From Mesorhizobium sp. (GTDB lineage Bacteria > Pseudomonadota > Alphaproteobacteria > Rhizobiales > Rhizobiaceae), in contig JAIPUZ010000106.1 in assembly GCA_022833215.1 (NCBI GenBank), positions 7,515-71,514 of the forward strand: a stretch of DNA of 64,000 nucleotides, written 5' to 3'. Below the pieces are notes generated by a model that worked only from the letters and a program-made list of their open reading frames with translations, did not search any database and was not told the origin of the DNA. Every line of letters starts with the position of its first letter. Within the stretch, counting starts at the first letter, position 1. Positions 49,578 through 61,402 of the stretch are shown here, one piece after another. Both the position numbers and the translations under genes were made by a program.

Positions 49578-51448
49578 GCCGCACCTTTCCGGATCATCAT
49601 TTCATGGGCGCGGATATGGGCGACGATGATCGCAAGGGCTGCCGGCGTCATGCCCTCTATACGTTGCGCCTCCGCGACCGAACGCGGCTGTTTCCGCTTC
49701 ATTTTCTGCTTCAGCTCATTCGACAGGCCGGGAACGGCTCCAAAGTCCAGATCGTACGGAATAGCCCTGGATTCTTCCGCCTGTATTCTGGCAACGTCAA
49801 CCTTCTGCCGGTCCATGTACACAGCGTACTTCGCTTCAATCTCAAGCGCTTCCGCGGTTTTCCTGTCGATATGATGGAAGGCCGGCTCAAGTGCGGCCAA
49901 CCATGCAATATCCACATTCTCATAGCTGAGCAATTCGTACCCTGAACGACGAACGCCGTCCTGATTGATCGTCAGCCCCCTGCGGGCTGCCTCCTGCGGT
50001 GTAAGCACAATGGAACGCGCCAACGCGCGCGCCTTATCGAGAGCCCGGTTGGATCGCTCAAAATGAGCAGCCCTCTTGCTCGAAACGATGCCCAGCCGGA
50101 GGCCAAACGGCGTCAGCCTCTGATCTGCATTGTCCGCGCGCAGCGACAGGCGGAACTCCGCCCTGGAAGTGAACATGCGATAGGGCTCGGTAACCCCCCG
50201 ATGAATAAGGTCGTCCACCATCACCCCTAAATAGGCTTCGGTTCGGCTGATTGTCACCGGCTGGGAACCGGAAGCATATCGGGCTGCATTCATCCCGGCC
50301 AGCAAACCCTGACCGGCCGCCTCCTCATAACCGGTGGTCCCGTTGATCTGTCCGGCCAGAAACAATCCTGTTACGCGCTTTGTTTCGAGCGTTGCATGAA
50401 GCTCCCGCGGATCGACGTGATCGTATTCGATGGCGTAGCCCGGCTGAAGCATAACGGCTTTCTCAAGCCCGGGTATGGTCTTGAGGATATCGAGCTGGAC
50501 GTCCTCAGGCAGGGACGTCGAAATGCCGTTCGGATAGACCGTGTGATCATCCAGCCCCTCCGGCTCCAGAAATATCTGATGTGAATCGCGATCACCGAAC
50601 CTGACAATCTTGTCCTCGATGGATGGGCAGTACCGCGGACCGATGCCCTCGATCGAACCCGAATACATGGCCGAACGGCCGAGGTTGGCCTGGATGAGAT
50701 CATGTGTGGCAGATGTGGTCCGCGTTATTCCACATTCGATCTGGGGAACAGTGATGCGCTCGGTCAGCGAAGAGAAAGGTACGGGATCCTCATCTGCGGA
50801 TTGCATATCGAGGGATTTCCAGTCGATGGTCCGTCCATCCAGACGCGGCGGCGTTCCGGTCTTGAGACGACCAAGCGCGAAACCCGCACGGGCCATGGTT
50901 TTGGAAAGCCCGATGGTGGCCTGCTCATTCATGCGGCCGGCTACGATCTTCCGATCTCCGATATGGATCAATCCGCGAAGAAAGGTTCCTGTGGTGAGGA
51001 CCACCGAACCGCAGGCCACCCTCTCTCCATCCGCCAGCAAAACAGCGGTTATCCTGCCTTCCGAAATCTCAAGATCATGAACCTCTCCTTCGATGACATC
51101 GAGATACGCTTGCTGCCTCAGCTCAGCCTGAACGGCCAGCCTGTAGAGTTTGCGATCCGCCTGCGTTCGGGGGCCCCGCACCGCGGGTCCCTTGCGCCGG
51201 TTGAGCATACGATACTGGATGCCCGCCTGATCGGCCATTCGCCCCATCAAACCATCGAGAGCGTCGATCTCCCGGACGATCTGGCCCTTTCCAAGACCTC
51301 CAATCGCCGGGTTGCATGACATTACCCCAACGCTGTCGGCCCGCAAGGTGATCAGGGCTGTAGCCGCGCCTGAACGAGCGGAGGCGCTCGCGGCTTCACA
51401 ACCGGCATGCCCACCGCCAACCACGATTACGTCGTAACTGGATTTCAT
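49574..51448 (-). CDS. mnmG: tRNA U34 carboxymethylaminomethyl modification enzyme MnmG (GidA)
   Basis: [49 protein letters not shown] and [10 protein letters not shown]. Confidence 0.98.
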   Translation of the reverse strand: MKSSYDVIVVGGGHAGCEAASASARSGAATALITLRADSVGVMSCNPAIGGLGKGQIVREIDALDGLMGRMADQAGIQYRMLNRRKGPAVRGPRTQADRKLYRLAVQAELRQQAYLDVIEGEVHDLEISEGRITAVLLADGERVACGSVVLTTGTFLRGLIHIGDRKIVAGRMNEQATIGLSKTMARAGFALGRLKTGTPPRLDGRTIDWKSLDMQSADEDPVPFSSLTERITVPQIECGITRTTSATHDLIQANLGRSAMYSGSIEGIGPRYCPSIEDKIVRFGDRDSHQIFLEPEGLDDHTVYPNGISTSLPEDVQLDILKTIPGLEKAVMLQPGYAIEYDHVDPRELHATLETKRVTGLFLAGQINGTTGYEEAAGQGLLAGMNAARYASGSQPVTISRTEAYLGVMVDDLIHRGVTEPYRMFTSRAEFRLSLRADNADQRLTPFGLRLGIVSSKRAAHFERSNRALDKARALARSIVLTPQEAARRGLTINQDGVRRSGYELLSYENVDIAWLAALEPAFHHIDRKTAEALEIEAKYAVYMDRQKVDVARIQAEESRAIPYDLDFGAVPGLSNELKQKMKRKQPRSVAEAQRIEGMTPAALAIIVAHIRAHEMMIRKGAA

Positions 51449-51513
51449 TTCAGCTTCTCTATTCTATAGAGATGGAGTTTCGTGCGCCTTTTCGTACTAA
51501 CGGCGCTTGTAAA

Positions 51514-51595
51514 TGTTTCACGTGAAACGAGCAACTTATTCCAACTAGCCATGTTTCACGTGAGTCAGTTTTCCTCTCATGTTTCACGTGAGTCA
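51514..51595. promoter_or_regulatory. Cluster of three parS sites (51514-29, 51552-67, 51580-95)
   Basis: TGTTTCACGTGAAACG, TGTTTCACGTGAGTCA and TGTTTCACGTGAGTCA in the mnmE-mnmG spacer. The last overlaps the mnmE stop. Confidence 0.88.
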
Positions 51596-52921
51596 CTTAC
51601 CGATACAGAATTGCGAGAAGATCACATCCAGCAAGTCCTCGACATCGATCGCGCCGGTAATACGTCCCAGCGCATCCGCCGCGAGACGAAGCTCTTCTGC
51701 TCTGATTTCGAGAGGGCCCAGCGCATCGTTCTGAGCGATTTTCAGGTGGCCGAGTGTATCTTCCAATAATTCCACATGCCGCAGACGGGATGGCAACGTA
51801 TCTCCTGCCATGCCTAGGCTGTGCTCCGCGCGATCTCCAATGGCTTCAAGAAGGTCGTGTATGCCTTCCTCTGTAAGGGACGAAATTCGGAAATCGTAAT
51901 TGGCATCACCCGGATCTTTAGCTGCGATCAGATCCAGCTTCGTGCCCACCCGCAGGCAATCAGTTTCGAGCCAACCCGTCTCCACCGGTTGCGGGTTGAG
52001 CATATCCTCCAGTGTCAGGACAAGATCTGCGGTTCGGCTCCTTGCACGTGCTTTTTCTATCCCGATGGTCTCGACGGTCCCGGCATCTTCCCGCAGGCCG
52101 GCTGTGTCGGTGATCACAACCTTCAAGCCGCCAATATCCAGAGTCACATCCAGCAGGTCGCGCGTCGTTCCCGGCTCGTCTGTCACAATGGCGGCATCGC
52201 GCCGGGCGAGCGCGTTGAACAGGCTCGACTTGCCGGCGTTTGGAGCGCCCAGTATCACGACCCTGAAGCCGTCATGGATGATCTCTGCCGCAGCAAAACC
52301 CCTGATGTGGCTATCCACCTCGTCGGTCAGGATGGCCATATCCGTCCACACGGTGTCGGCCACCGAACCCGGAACATCGCTCTCGTCCGCAAAGTCGATC
52401 TCCGCCTCGATCATCGCCCGGGCATGGATGAGGCGTCGACGCCAGCCTGTATAGAGGGCGCTCTGGGCACCCTCGGCATTGCGCAGGGCAAGCCGCCGCT
52501 GAGACTCGGTCTCGGCATTTATCAGATCGGCCAAAGCCTCCGTCTGAACCAGATCGAGCTTTCCATTCATGAAAGCGCGGCGGGTAAACTCCCCGGCCTC
52601 CGCATGGCGGACGTTCGGGATTGCCGTGAGAGACGTCATCACAGCTTCAACCACGGCTCGGCCGCCATGTATCTGAAACTCGGCAACCTCTTCGCCCGTA
52701 AAGCTGTTCGGAGCGGGAAAGTATATGATCAAACCCCGATCCAGCGCTTCCTTTCTCGAAGGCGAATACAGGGCGCGGTGAACGGCTTTTCTGGCCGGAG
52801 GGACGGTGCCACAAATCGTTTCGAGAACGAATCGAGTATCGGGGCCTGAAATTCGTATCACTGCAACGCCTGCCGGGAGCCGACCGCTCGACAAGGCAAC
52901 AATGGTCTCACCGAATATCAT
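51593..52921 (-). CDS. mnmE: tRNA modification GTPase MnmE (TrmE)
   Basis: TIVALSSG, SFTGEEVAEFQIHGG, GEFTRRAF, GAPNAGKSSL, GTTRD, DTAGLR and FCIGK C-terminus. Confidence 0.98.
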   Translation of the reverse strand: MIFGETIVALSSGRLPAGVAVIRISGPDTRFVLETICGTVPPARKAVHRALYSPSRKEALDRGLIIYFPAPNSFTGEEVAEFQIHGGRAVVEAVMTSLTAIPNVRHAEAGEFTRRAFMNGKLDLVQTEALADLINAETESQRRLALRNAEGAQSALYTGWRRRLIHARAMIEAEIDFADESDVPGSVADTVWTDMAILTDEVDSHIRGFAAAEIIHDGFRVVILGAPNAGKSSLFNALARRDAAIVTDEPGTTRDLLDVTLDIGGLKVVITDTAGLREDAGTVETIGIEKARARSRTADLVLTLEDMLNPQPVETGWLETDCLRVGTKLDLIAAKDPGDANYDFRISSLTEEGIHDLLEAIGDRAEHSLGMAGDTLPSRLRHVELLEDTLGHLKIAQNDALGPLEIRAEELRLAADALGRITGAIDVEDLLDVIFSQFCIGK

Positions 52922-52981
52922 TTGCTCCACAGCGCGAACCCATCTACCAGTTGAATGTCTTCCTCAGCCAAGGGCGGCCAT

Positions 52982-55000
52982 ATGAGCTTACCGCCTCGGA
53001 ATCTGCTTGCCGATCAGGCAAGCCCCTACCTGCAACAGCACGCCACCAACCCCGTGCACTGGCGGCCCTGGTCTTCTTCCGCCCTGGAGGAAGCCCGGGA
53101 ACTCGACCGCCCCATCCTGCTCTCGGTTGGCTATGCAGCCTGTCATTGGTGCCACGTCATGGCCCATGAAAGCTTCGAGGACGCCGGGATAGCGGCGGTC
53201 ATGAACCGTCTGTTCGTCAATATCAAGGTGGATCGTGAAGAACGGCCTGACATAGATCAGATCTATATGGCTGCACTCACAGCCATGGGCGATCAGGGCG
53301 GCTGGCCGCTGACCATGTTTCTCACGCCTGACGCCAGGCCCTTCTGGGGAGGTACATATTTTCCGCCACGCGCCCGGTTTGGCAGGCACGGCTTTATCGA
53401 GGTGTTGGAGGCCGTATCCGGCGCATGGCGAAACAAGCGGGCCGACATACTGCACAGCGCCGATACGCTGAACGGGCATATCCGCTCCAGGCTTGGCCCT
53501 TCGCACGGGAGGGGCTCCATACGCGCGGATGCCTTCGCCGGTATCGCCGAGAGCATCCACAGCATGATCGATGGCGATGCCGGAGGCTTGAAAGGCGCGC
53601 CCAAATTCCCGAACGCCCCCTTCATGCATGCCTTGTGGCTGTCCGGTCTCAATACCGGCAACGATGCCCACCGATCGGCCGTTCTCTCCAGCCTCGAACA
53701 CATGCTGGCTGGCGGAATCTACGATCATATCGGCGGCGGGCTGGCACGTTATTCCACGGACGCGCAGTGGCTCGTGCCGCATTTCGAGAAAATGCTCTAC
53801 GACAATGCGCAATTGCTGCGGCTCGCCAATTGGGCCTATGCCGCGTCGGGATCGGCATTGTTCCGGATACGAATCGAAGAGACGGCTGATTTCCTGCTGC
53901 GTGAGATGAAAGCGAGCGGAGGCGCGTTTGCCTCCAGCCTAGATGCGGATAGCGAGGGCCAGGAAGGCTTGTTCTACACCTGGGACAGGTCGGAGATCGA
54001 GGAGGTGCTGGCCGAAGACGCATCCTTCTTCTTCACACATCATTCGCTCGCAAAGCCCCGCTCATGGGAAGGCAAGCCTATCCTGTACCAGACCCACGGC
54101 CAGGCACTGGGATTATCCGCTCAAATTGAGCGTTTGAGACACATCAGGCAAAGATTGCTGGATGCGCGGGGAAAGCGTATCCGGCCAGCCCGCGACGACA
54201 AGGTTCTGACCGACTGGAACGGACTGGCGATTGCCGCGCTGGCCGAATGCGGACGTTCCCTCGGTCAGGCGGAATGGGTAAGGGCAGCCAGCGACGCTTT
54301 CCACTACATCGTCGGCACATCAAAAGACGGGCGCCTGCCCCATTCCACGCTTGGTGACAAGGCACAGTTTCCCGCCATGTCGAGCGACTATGCAACCATG
54401 GCCAATGCCGCGATCTCCCTGTACGAAGCGACCGGAGAAAAGGCCTATATCGATCATGCCCTGCACTTCGGCGAACAGCTCGACCGATGGCACAGGGACG
54501 ATACCAAGACCGGTTACTATCTGACCGCATCGGATAGCATCGACGTTCCCGTCCGCATCCGCGGCGATGTGGATGAAGCTATCCCCTCGGCGACAAGTCA
54601 GATCATCGAAGCGCTGATACGGCTGGCCTCGATGACCGGCGATATGGACATACAGGAGAAAGCCTGGACCGTCGCCGAATATGCCGTTGGACGCGCGGCG
54701 AAACAAAGCTACGGGCAGATCGGAATTTTGACGGCATGCGAGCTGGCGCGCGCGCCACGCAAGCTGGTAATGGTGGAGAATCCTGGCGATTACCGGTTTG
54801 TTCCGGTAGCGAATCGATATCCCGATCCGCGCCGGATCGATATCGTCCTGCATGTCGGCGATGCGGCTGACGTCAGTCTGCCCGGAGATGTTCTGCCTTC
54901 AACGGAAAAACCGGGCGCATATCTGTGCGAGGGCCAAACCTGCCTGCCGGTGATTTCCGATGCTGAAGTGCTGGAAAAAACACTGAAGGCGAGACCATAG
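52982..55000 (+). CDS. YyaL/SSP411-family thioredoxin-domain + (alpha/alpha)6 barrel protein
   Basis: NLLADQASPYLQQH, GYAACHWCHVMAHESFED, KVDREERPDID, GGWPLT, HFEKMLYDNAQ, DDKVLTDWNGL and AYLCEGQTC. Confidence 0.93.
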   Translation: MSLPPRNLLADQASPYLQQHATNPVHWRPWSSSALEEARELDRPILLSVGYAACHWCHVMAHESFEDAGIAAVMNRLFVNIKVDREERPDIDQIYMAALTAMGDQGGWPLTMFLTPDARPFWGGTYFPPRARFGRHGFIEVLEAVSGAWRNKRADILHSADTLNGHIRSRLGPSHGRGSIRADAFAGIAESIHSMIDGDAGGLKGAPKFPNAPFMHALWLSGLNTGNDAHRSAVLSSLEHMLAGGIYDHIGGGLARYSTDAQWLVPHFEKMLYDNAQLLRLANWAYAASGSALFRIRIEETADFLLREMKASGGAFASSLDADSEGQEGLFYTWDRSEIEEVLAEDASFFFTHHSLAKPRSWEGKPILYQTHGQALGLSAQIERLRHIRQRLLDARGKRIRPARDDKVLTDWNGLAIAALAECGRSLGQAEWVRAASDAFHYIVGTSKDGRLPHSTLGDKAQFPAMSSDYATMANAAISLYEATGEKAYIDHALHFGEQLDRWHRDDTKTGYYLTASDSIDVPVRIRGDVDEAIPSATSQIIEALIRLASMTGDMDIQEKAWTVAEYAVGRAAKQSYGQIGILTACELARAPRKLVMVENPGDYRFVPVANRYPDPRRIDIVLHVGDAADVSLPGDVLPSTEKPGAYLCEGQTCLPVISDAEVLEKTLKARP

Positions 55001-55010
55001 GCCCCGCCTT

Positions 55011-55112
55011 CTAAAGCATCTCGCCTGAAAGTGGGTGGGACCCGGTTTCGCGGCAACGACGCGTGAAAGCAAGAGCGTGAGGAGCGAATACGAAAGATCG
55101 CGACACGCTTTG
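55011..55112. repeat. Palindromic mosaic element, family B copy 3 (degenerate)
   Basis: CTAAAGCATCTCGCCTGAAAGTGG..GGACCCGGTTTCG...GGAGCGAATACGAAAGATCGCGACACGCTTTG aligns to 4404-4510. Lies between convergent genes. Confidence 0.75.
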
Positions 55113-55128
55113 ACAATCCGATCCCGGA

Positions 55129-56394
55129 TCAGGTGTTCATCGAATCGAAGAAATCCGAATTGGTCTTCGTCTGCTTGAGCTTGTCTATGAGGAACTCGAT
55201 CGCATCGGTGGTGCCCATCGGCGCAAGGATGCGGCGCAGCACGAAGATTTTCTGCAGGTCCTGACGCGGAACCAGCAGATCCTCCTTGCGGGTGCCGGAC
55301 TTGAGAATGTCCATGGCCGGGAAGATGCGCTTGTCGGCCACCTTGCGGTCGAGCACGATTTCCGAGTTGCCGGTGCCCTTGAACTCTTCGAAGATCACCT
55401 CGTCCATACGGCTGCCGGTATCGATCAGCGCCGTGGCGATGATGGTGAGGGACCCGCCTTCCTCGATGTTGCGCGCCGCGCCGAAGAAGCGTTTCGGGCG
55501 CTGCAGGGCGTTGGCGTCCACGCCGCCGGTCAGCACCTTGCCGGAGGACGGCACGACGGTGTTGTAGGCGCGCCCGAGGCGGGTGATCGAATCGAGCAGG
55601 ATGACGACGTCACGGCCATGCTCAACCAGGCGCTTGGCCTTCTCGATGACCATCTCGGCCACCTGGACGTGGCGCGCCGCCGGTTCATCGAAGGTCGAGG
55701 ACACGACCTCGCCCTTCACCGAGCGCTGCATGTCTGTCACTTCCTCCGGCCGCTCGTCGATCAGCAGCACGATCAGGTAGCATTCGGGGTGATTCGTGGT
55801 GATCGAATGGGCGATGTTCTGCAACAGCACCGTCTTGCCGGTGCGCGGCGGCGCCACGATCAGCCCGCGCTGGCCCTTGCCGAGCGGAGCGACCAGATCG
55901 ATGACGCGGGGCGATATGTCCTTGGTGGTCGGATTGTCGACCTCCATTTTCAGGCGCTCGTTCGGATAGAGCGGCGTCAGATTGTCGAAATGGATCTTGT
56001 GCCGGATCTTCTCAGGATCGTCGAAATTGATCGTGTTGACCTTGAGCAGGGCGAAATAGCGCTCGCCCTCCTTGGGGCTGCGGATAGGCCCCTCGACGGT
56101 ATCGCCGGTCTTCAGCGAAAAGCGGCGGATCTGCGAGGGCGAGATGTAGATGTCGTCCGGACCCGGCAGATAGTTGGCGTTGGCCGAGCGCAGGAAGCCG
56201 AAACCGTCCTGAAGCACTTCCACGACACCGTCGCCGATGATCTCGATATCCTGCGCCGCCAGCTTCTTGAGGATGGCGAACATCAGCTCCTGCTTGCGCA
56301 TGACGCTGGCGTTCTCCACCTCGAGCGATTCGGCATAGGCGATCAGCTCTGGCGGCTTCTTGTTCTTGAACTCTGCGAGTTTCATTTCCTGCAT
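55129..56394 (-). CDS. rho: Transcription termination factor Rho
   Basis: [43 protein letters not shown] and FEEFKGTGN. Confidence 0.98.
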   Translation of the reverse strand: MQEMKLAEFKNKKPPELIAYAESLEVENASVMRKQELMFAILKKLAAQDIEIIGDGVVEVLQDGFGFLRSANANYLPGPDDIYISPSQIRRFSLKTGDTVEGPIRSPKEGERYFALLKVNTINFDDPEKIRHKIHFDNLTPLYPNERLKMEVDNPTTKDISPRVIDLVAPLGKGQRGLIVAPPRTGKTVLLQNIAHSITTNHPECYLIVLLIDERPEEVTDMQRSVKGEVVSSTFDEPAARHVQVAEMVIEKAKRLVEHGRDVVILLDSITRLGRAYNTVVPSSGKVLTGGVDANALQRPKRFFGAARNIEEGGSLTIIATALIDTGSRMDEVIFEEFKGTGNSEIVLDRKVADKRIFPAMDILKSGTRKEDLLVPRQDLQKIFVLRRILAPMGTTDAIEFLIDKLKQTKTNSDFFDSMNT

Positions 56395-56544
56395 GGCGGG
56401 ACTCTGGGTGTGCTGGGCGGGATATCGGCGGATGCGATGGATTGCCGGGCGCGGTCGAATGGGAAAACAACGGCGCATGGCGAAAAGGAGGGACTTCCTT
56501 TTAACGCCGCGCCTGCCAAAGAGCAAGACAGCTTTTAGGGTGCC

Positions 56545-57075
56545 TCAGAATGGCTTGACGATCACCAGAATAACGATGGCGATCATCAGCAAGGTAGGAA
56601 CTTCGTTGACGATCCGCCAGTGCTTCGCCGGTTTTTCGTTACGATCCTCGGAAAATTTTCGGACCGCGGCCGACAGATAGCCATGAACGCCGGACATCAG
56701 GACGACAGCAGCGATCTTGGCATGCAACCAGCCGCCATGAAAGCCGAACCCTTTCCAGGCGAGCCACAGACCCATCACCCAGCTCACGATCATCGCCGGA
56801 TTGATGATGGCCCTCAGCAAACGTCGCTCCATGACCTTGAAGGTCTCGGATTGCACCGACCCTTTTTCCGCGTCGGCATGATAAACGAACAGGCGCGGCA
56901 GATAGAGCATGCCCGCCATCCATGAAATCACGGCGATGACATGAATGGCCTTGATCCAGTTATAAGCCTCTTCCGGCGCGAAAAGAAAAAGCGCGGCCGC
57001 GAGCGCAACAAGAACGGCAATCGCCACCAGCGCCCGCAAGGCAGCGTTGCGGTTGCTTGTCTGCACAGTCTTCAT
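56545..57075 (-). CDS. hemJ: Protoporphyrinogen oxidase HemJ
   Basis: [37 protein letters not shown] and NEVPT...VIVKPF. Confidence 0.96.
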   Translation of the reverse strand: MKTVQTSNRNAALRALVAIAVLVALAAALFLFAPEEAYNWIKAIHVIAVISWMAGMLYLPRLFVYHADAEKGSVQSETFKVMERRLLRAIINPAMIVSWVMGLWLAWKGFGFHGGWLHAKIAAVVLMSGVHGYLSAAVRKFSEDRNEKPAKHWRIVNEVPTLLMIAIVILVIVKPF

Positions 57076-58106
57076 GGGCGGGCTTCCCCGCGTACCTGAC
57101 GCACCATGGCCTCGACATGGGCGACAGGGGTTTCGGGAACGATGCCGTGTCCGAGATTGAAGATGAACGGCCCGTCCTTCAGTTTGTCGAGAATTGCAGA
57201 CACGCCCTCGGACAGGGCCCTGCCCCCGGCGACAAGCCGCAACGGATCGAGATTGCCCTGTACGGCCCCTTCCTTCTGCAATTCGGCCGCCTGTGAGAGC
57301 GGAACCGACCAGTCCAGACCAAGCCCCGCCACACCGCTCTTGCGACGATAGGCGCTGTAATTCGCGCCTGCCCCCTTGGGGAACCCGATCACCGGAACGC
57401 CGGGATGGACTTCATGCACCTTGCGCACGATACGGGCGACAGGCTCCACGCAGAAGGCTTCGAACGAAGGCTCATCGAGCACACCCGACCACGAATCGAA
57501 AATCTGCACCGTATCCGCACCTGCCTCGATCTGGCGGATCAGATAGGAAGCAGACTGGTCGGCCAGCACAGCCAGCAGTTTCCTGAAGGCTTCCGGCTCC
57601 CGGTAAGCGAACAACCGCGCCGGCGCCTGGTCCGGAGTGCCGTGGCCGGCAATCATATAGGTGGCGACGGTCCAGGGCGCCCCGCAGAAGCCGATCAGGG
57701 TCGTCTCATCCGGCAATTGCCGGCGCAGACGCCGCACCGTTTCGTAAACCGGTTCCAGATTCACGTGAAACGCCCCTGTATCGAGCGCATCGATCTCGCC
57801 TGCCGTAATGGGTGTCATCAGCGGGCCCCGGCCCTCCTCGAACCGCAGGTCGCGGCCCAGCGCATGCGGCACGACGAGAATGTCGGAAAACAGGATCGAC
57901 GCATCGAAGCCGAAACGCTCGATGGGCTGCAGCGTCACCTCGACAGCCCGGTCCGGGTTGTAGCAGAGGTCGAGAAACGAGCCCGCCTGTTTCCGGGACT
58001 CGCGATATTCCGGCAAATAGCGGCCCGCCTGCCGCATCATCCATAGCGGGGGCGGAAATACCGTCTCGCCTTTCAGGACCCGCATCATTTTCCGTTCGGC
58101 GCTCAT
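57072..58106 (-). CDS. hemE: Uroporphyrinogen decarboxylase
   Basis: [40 protein letters not shown] and FNLGHGI. Confidence 0.98.
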   Translation of the reverse strand: MSAERKMMRVLKGETVFPPPLWMMRQAGRYLPEYRESRKQAGSFLDLCYNPDRAVEVTLQPIERFGFDASILFSDILVVPHALGRDLRFEEGRGPLMTPITAGEIDALDTGAFHVNLEPVYETVRRLRRQLPDETTLIGFCGAPWTVATYMIAGHGTPDQAPARLFAYREPEAFRKLLAVLADQSASYLIRQIEAGADTVQIFDSWSGVLDEPSFEAFCVEPVARIVRKVHEVHPGVPVIGFPKGAGANYSAYRRKSGVAGLGLDWSVPLSQAAELQKEGAVQGNLDPLRLVAGGRALSEGVSAILDKLKDGPFIFNLGHGIVPETPVAHVEAMVRQVRGEARP

Positions 58107-58515
58107 TGCGTCTCGCTTTCAGGACCCAAATCTAAAAACAAATCTCTGAATGAGAGATTCTTTTGATTCTATGAGTCTGTTGGAATCGGTAATTCATATC
58201 TTTCCCGGTTTGCTCTTTCGAAAGCCATCCAGCATTTTGTCGCGACCGGAATTGTCCAGCCTGAAGAATGCTGGGGATAGTGGCCAAAACACCAGCATAA
58301 TCAAAAAGATTCCTGCCCGGTTCGGAATCGCTGTCTGTGGATGGAAGGAGAGCTTCCTCGACTGTTCACGATCTTGTCCCCAGCGGTGAAACGGAATGCA
58401 CGCCGTGCCGAATTGTGGACAAGCCGTCATCTGATACAGTCGCCTCCGGTCAGCCGCGGAATTTCACCCGGCTTGTCCACAGTCGCCCACAGAGCCGGAT
58501 GTATAGTGTGAACAA
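58107..58515. other. Predicted chromosomal replication origin (oriC)
   Basis: hemE/ppsR divergent interval, the known origin position in Caulobacter and Sinorhizobium. AT-rich tract 58125-58200; DnaA-box variants TGTGGACAA (58414), TTGTCCACA (58473) and TGTGAACAA (58507); six GANTC sites 58156-58329; parABS within 11 kb. Confidence 0.85.
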
Positions 58516-59329
58516 GCCTCAAAGTTTCTTCCATCTGCACATGATTTCGGATGCCACCGGTGAAACGCTGCTGGCGGCCGGGCGAGCGGCTTCGGCGCAA
58601 TACAAGAACGCACGCGCCATCGAGCACATCTACCCTCTCATCCGCAACGAGAAGCAGCTGATGAAGGTGTTCGAGGAGATCGAGGAAGAGCCCGGCATCA
58701 TTCTCTATACGGTGGTCGACCAGAAGCTGGCGCGCCTTATAGACGAGCGCTGCGCCTCCATGGGCCTGCCCTGCGTCTCGGTGCTGGAGCCGGTGCTGAC
58801 CGTGTTCCAGTCCTATCTGGGCACGCCGGCGGGGCGAAGGGTGGGGGCGCAGCATGTTCTGGATGCGGATTATTTTCGCCGTATCGATGCGCTCAACTTC
58901 ACCATGGAGCATGACGACGGCCAGCTGCCGCTCAACATGGACGATGCAGACATCGTGCTGATCGGCATTTCGCGCACGTCCAAGACGCCCACCAGCATCT
59001 ATCTGGCCAATCGTGGCATCAGGACGGCCAACATTCCGATCGTTCTGGGCGTGCCTGTGCCGGAAAGCCTGATCAGGGCCACCCGGCCGCTCATCGTCGG
59101 GCTGGTGGCGACGGCAGAGCGCATCTCGCACATCCGCCAGAACCGCACCCTCGGGAATACGAGCGGCTTCGAGGGCGGAAGCTATGTCGACCGCGCCTCG
59201 ATCACCGAAGAACTCGCCTATGCGCGGCAGATCTGCACCCGCCATAACTGGCCCATGATCGATGTGAGCCGCCGTTCGATCGAGGAGACCGCCGCCGCCA
59301 TCCTTGCCCTGCGCAACAAGAGCCGGTAA
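58508..59329 (+). CDS. ppsR: PEP synthetase / pyruvate,phosphate dikinase regulatory kinase-phosphorylase
   Basis: [45 protein letters not shown] and [12 protein letters not shown] start 58508. Confidence 0.93.
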   Translation: MNKPQSFFHLHMISDATGETLLAAGRAASAQYKNARAIEHIYPLIRNEKQLMKVFEEIEEEPGIILYTVVDQKLARLIDERCASMGLPCVSVLEPVLTVFQSYLGTPAGRRVGAQHVLDADYFRRIDALNFTMEHDDGQLPLNMDDADIVLIGISRTSKTPTSIYLANRGIRTANIPIVLGVPVPESLIRATRPLIVGLVATAERISHIRQNRTLGNTSGFEGGSYVDRASITEELAYARQICTRHNWPMIDVSRRSIEETAAAILALRNKSR

Positions 59330-59368
59330 TCGCTGAACAACAAGCCGCAACAGAAGCCAGAAGGTCCC

Positions 59369-59968
59369 ATGGCCGAGAAACTCATCCTCGCTTCCGGCAG
59401 CCCGTTCCGCAAGGCCATGCTGGTCAATGCCGGCATCGATGTGGAGGCGGTTCCCGCTGAAATCGACGAACGCTCAGTGGAAGCGCCGTTGCAGGACAGT
59501 GGTGTCGCGCCGGAGGATGTGGCTGCGATCCTTGCCGAAGCCAAGGCGGTGGAGGTCAGCGAAAGACGGCCGGGCGCGCTGGTGCTCGGCTGCGACCAGA
59601 CGCTTTCGCTGGGCGACAGGCTGTTCCACAAGCCGGCCGACATGGAAGGCGCCCGCCGTCACCTGCTTGCCCTTTCGGGGATGACCCATCAGTTGAACAG
59701 TGCAGCGGTGCTGGTTCGCAGTGGCGAGGTGCTGTGGCGTCACGTCGGCATCGCCAACCTCACCATGCGCCGGCTCGATCCGGCCTTCATCGGCCGCCAT
59801 CTGGCGCGCGTGGGCGACAGGGCCCTGTCCAGCGTCGGCGCCTATCAGATCGAGGGCGAGGGCATCCAGCTTTTCGAGAAGGTCGAAGGCGATCACTTCA
59901 CCATTGTCGGCCTGCCGCTGCTGCCGCTGCTGGCCGAACTGCGACGGCTGGGAGCTATGGATGGCTGA
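59369..59968 (+). CDS. maf: Maf-like nucleotide pyrophosphatase
   Basis: [30 protein letters not shown] and IVGLPL. Confidence 0.93.
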   Translation: MAEKLILASGSPFRKAMLVNAGIDVEAVPAEIDERSVEAPLQDSGVAPEDVAAILAEAKAVEVSERRPGALVLGCDQTLSLGDRLFHKPADMEGARRHLLALSGMTHQLNSAAVLVRSGEVLWRHVGIANLTMRRLDPAFIGRHLARVGDRALSSVGAYQIEGEGIQLFEKVEGDHFTIVGLPLLPLLAELRRLGAMDG

Positions 59969-60803
59969 TATTGCAAAAAGGGCCTTCGTCATCGGCCATC
60001 CCATCGCCCATTCGCGGTCTCCGAAAATCCATGGCCATTGGCTGAAGGCCTACGATCTTGCCGGCAGCTATGAGGCGGTCGACGTCGCGCCAGACGATCT
60101 GGCGGGTTTCATCGGAGGCTTGCAGGAAAACGGCTTTTGCGGGGGCAACGTCACCATCCCGCACAAGGAAGCGGTGGCCGCTCTCGTCGGTCGCCTCGAC
60201 GATGCGGCCGAACGGATTGGCGCCGTCAACACCCTGTGGTTCGGGGATGGTTGCCTGTGGGGCAGCAATACGGATGCGCACGGCTTCGCCGCCAATCTCG
60301 ACGAACATGCGCCGGGCTGGGCAAAAAACGGCCCTGCGGTCGTGCTCGGCGCCGGCGGCGCGGCGCGAGCCGTCATCCATGCGCTGAAGGAGCGTGGGGT
60401 GGCAGACATACGCATCGTCAACCGCACACTGGAACGCGCGCTGGAATTGCGCGACCGCTTTGGCGGCGGAACGAGCGTGCACCGTATGGATTCCACCGGC
60501 GAACTGCTGGCCGATGCCGGACTTCTGGTGAACACCACCGCGCTCGGCATGCATGGCAATGAAGGTCTGCCGGCGGACCCGGCAGCGTTGCCGGACACGG
60601 CGATCGTCACCGACATCGTCTATGTGCCTCTGGAAACGCCACTGCTGGCGGCGGCGCGCGAACGCGGCCTGAAATGTGTGGACGGGCTCGGCATGCTGCT
60701 GCATCAGGCCGTTCCCGGCTTCGAACGCTGGTTCGGCAAGCGCCCGGAGATCACGCCGCAACTGCGAAATCTTATTCTTGCCGATCTCGGGGTTGCGGCA
60801 TGA
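59961..60803 (+). CDS. aroE: Shikimate dehydrogenase
   Basis: [31 protein letters not shown] and GLGMLLHQA. Confidence 0.96.
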   Translation: MADIAKRAFVIGHPIAHSRSPKIHGHWLKAYDLAGSYEAVDVAPDDLAGFIGGLQENGFCGGNVTIPHKEAVAALVGRLDDAAERIGAVNTLWFGDGCLWGSNTDAHGFAANLDEHAPGWAKNGPAVVLGAGGAARAVIHALKERGVADIRIVNRTLERALELRDRFGGGTSVHRMDSTGELLADAGLLVNTTALGMHGNEGLPADPAALPDTAIVTDIVYVPLETPLLAAARERGLKCVDGLGMLLHQAVPGFERWFGKRPEITPQLRNLILADLGVAA

Positions 60804-61402
60804 TCGTGCTCGGCCTCACAGGCTCGATCGGCATGGGCAAGTCCACGGCCGCGGGCATGTTCCGCGACGAAGGCGTGCCGGTCCACGATGCCGACGAGGC
60901 GGTGCATCGCCTCTATGCGGGTGCCGCGGCACCGCTGATCGAGGCGGCGTTTCCGGGAAGCACGGTCGATGGTGTTGTGGATCGCGCCGCGCTCGGCAAG
61001 CTCGTGCTGGGCGATGCGGCCGCGATGAAGAGGCTTGAGGCGATTATCCATCCACTGGTGCGGGCCGATAACGATGCGTTCCTTGCCGGGCACCGCGCTG
61101 CCGGAGCGAAGCTTGTGGTGCTGGACATTCCATTGCTGTTCGAAACCGGCGGCCGCGACCGGGTTGAAAAGGTCATCGTCGTTTCCGCGCCGGCCGATGT
61201 GCAGCGCGACCGGGTGCTGGCGCGACCGGGCATGACGGAAGAAAAGTTCGAGGCGATACGCGCCCGGCAAATGCCCGACGATGAAAAGCGCCGGCTGGCC
61301 GATTATGTCATAGATACGAGCCAGGGTTTCGACGTTACCCGCGCGCGCATTCGCGGGATAATAGAAGAACTCTCCGGCAACGAGGAGCCATCCGGTGCGT
61401 GA
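60800..61402 (+). CDS. coaE: Dephospho-CoA kinase
   Basis: [24 protein letters not shown] and RQMPD. Confidence 0.96.
   Translation: MIVLGLTGSIGMGKSTAAGMFRDEGVPVHDADEAVHRLYAGAAAPLIEAAFPGSTVDGVVDRAALGKLVLGDAAAMKRLEAIIHPLVRADNDAFLAGHRAAGAKLVVLDIPLLFETGGRDRVEKVIVVSAPADVQRDRVLARPGMTEEKFEAIRARQMPDDEKRRLADYVIDTSQGFDVTRARIRGIIEELSGNEEPSGA

Noticed and set aside
51482-51769. 95-aa ORF with repeated VSRE(T/S) motifs
   Set aside because: The peptide repeats are just translations of the parS DNA sites, and the ORF overlaps mnmE antisense.
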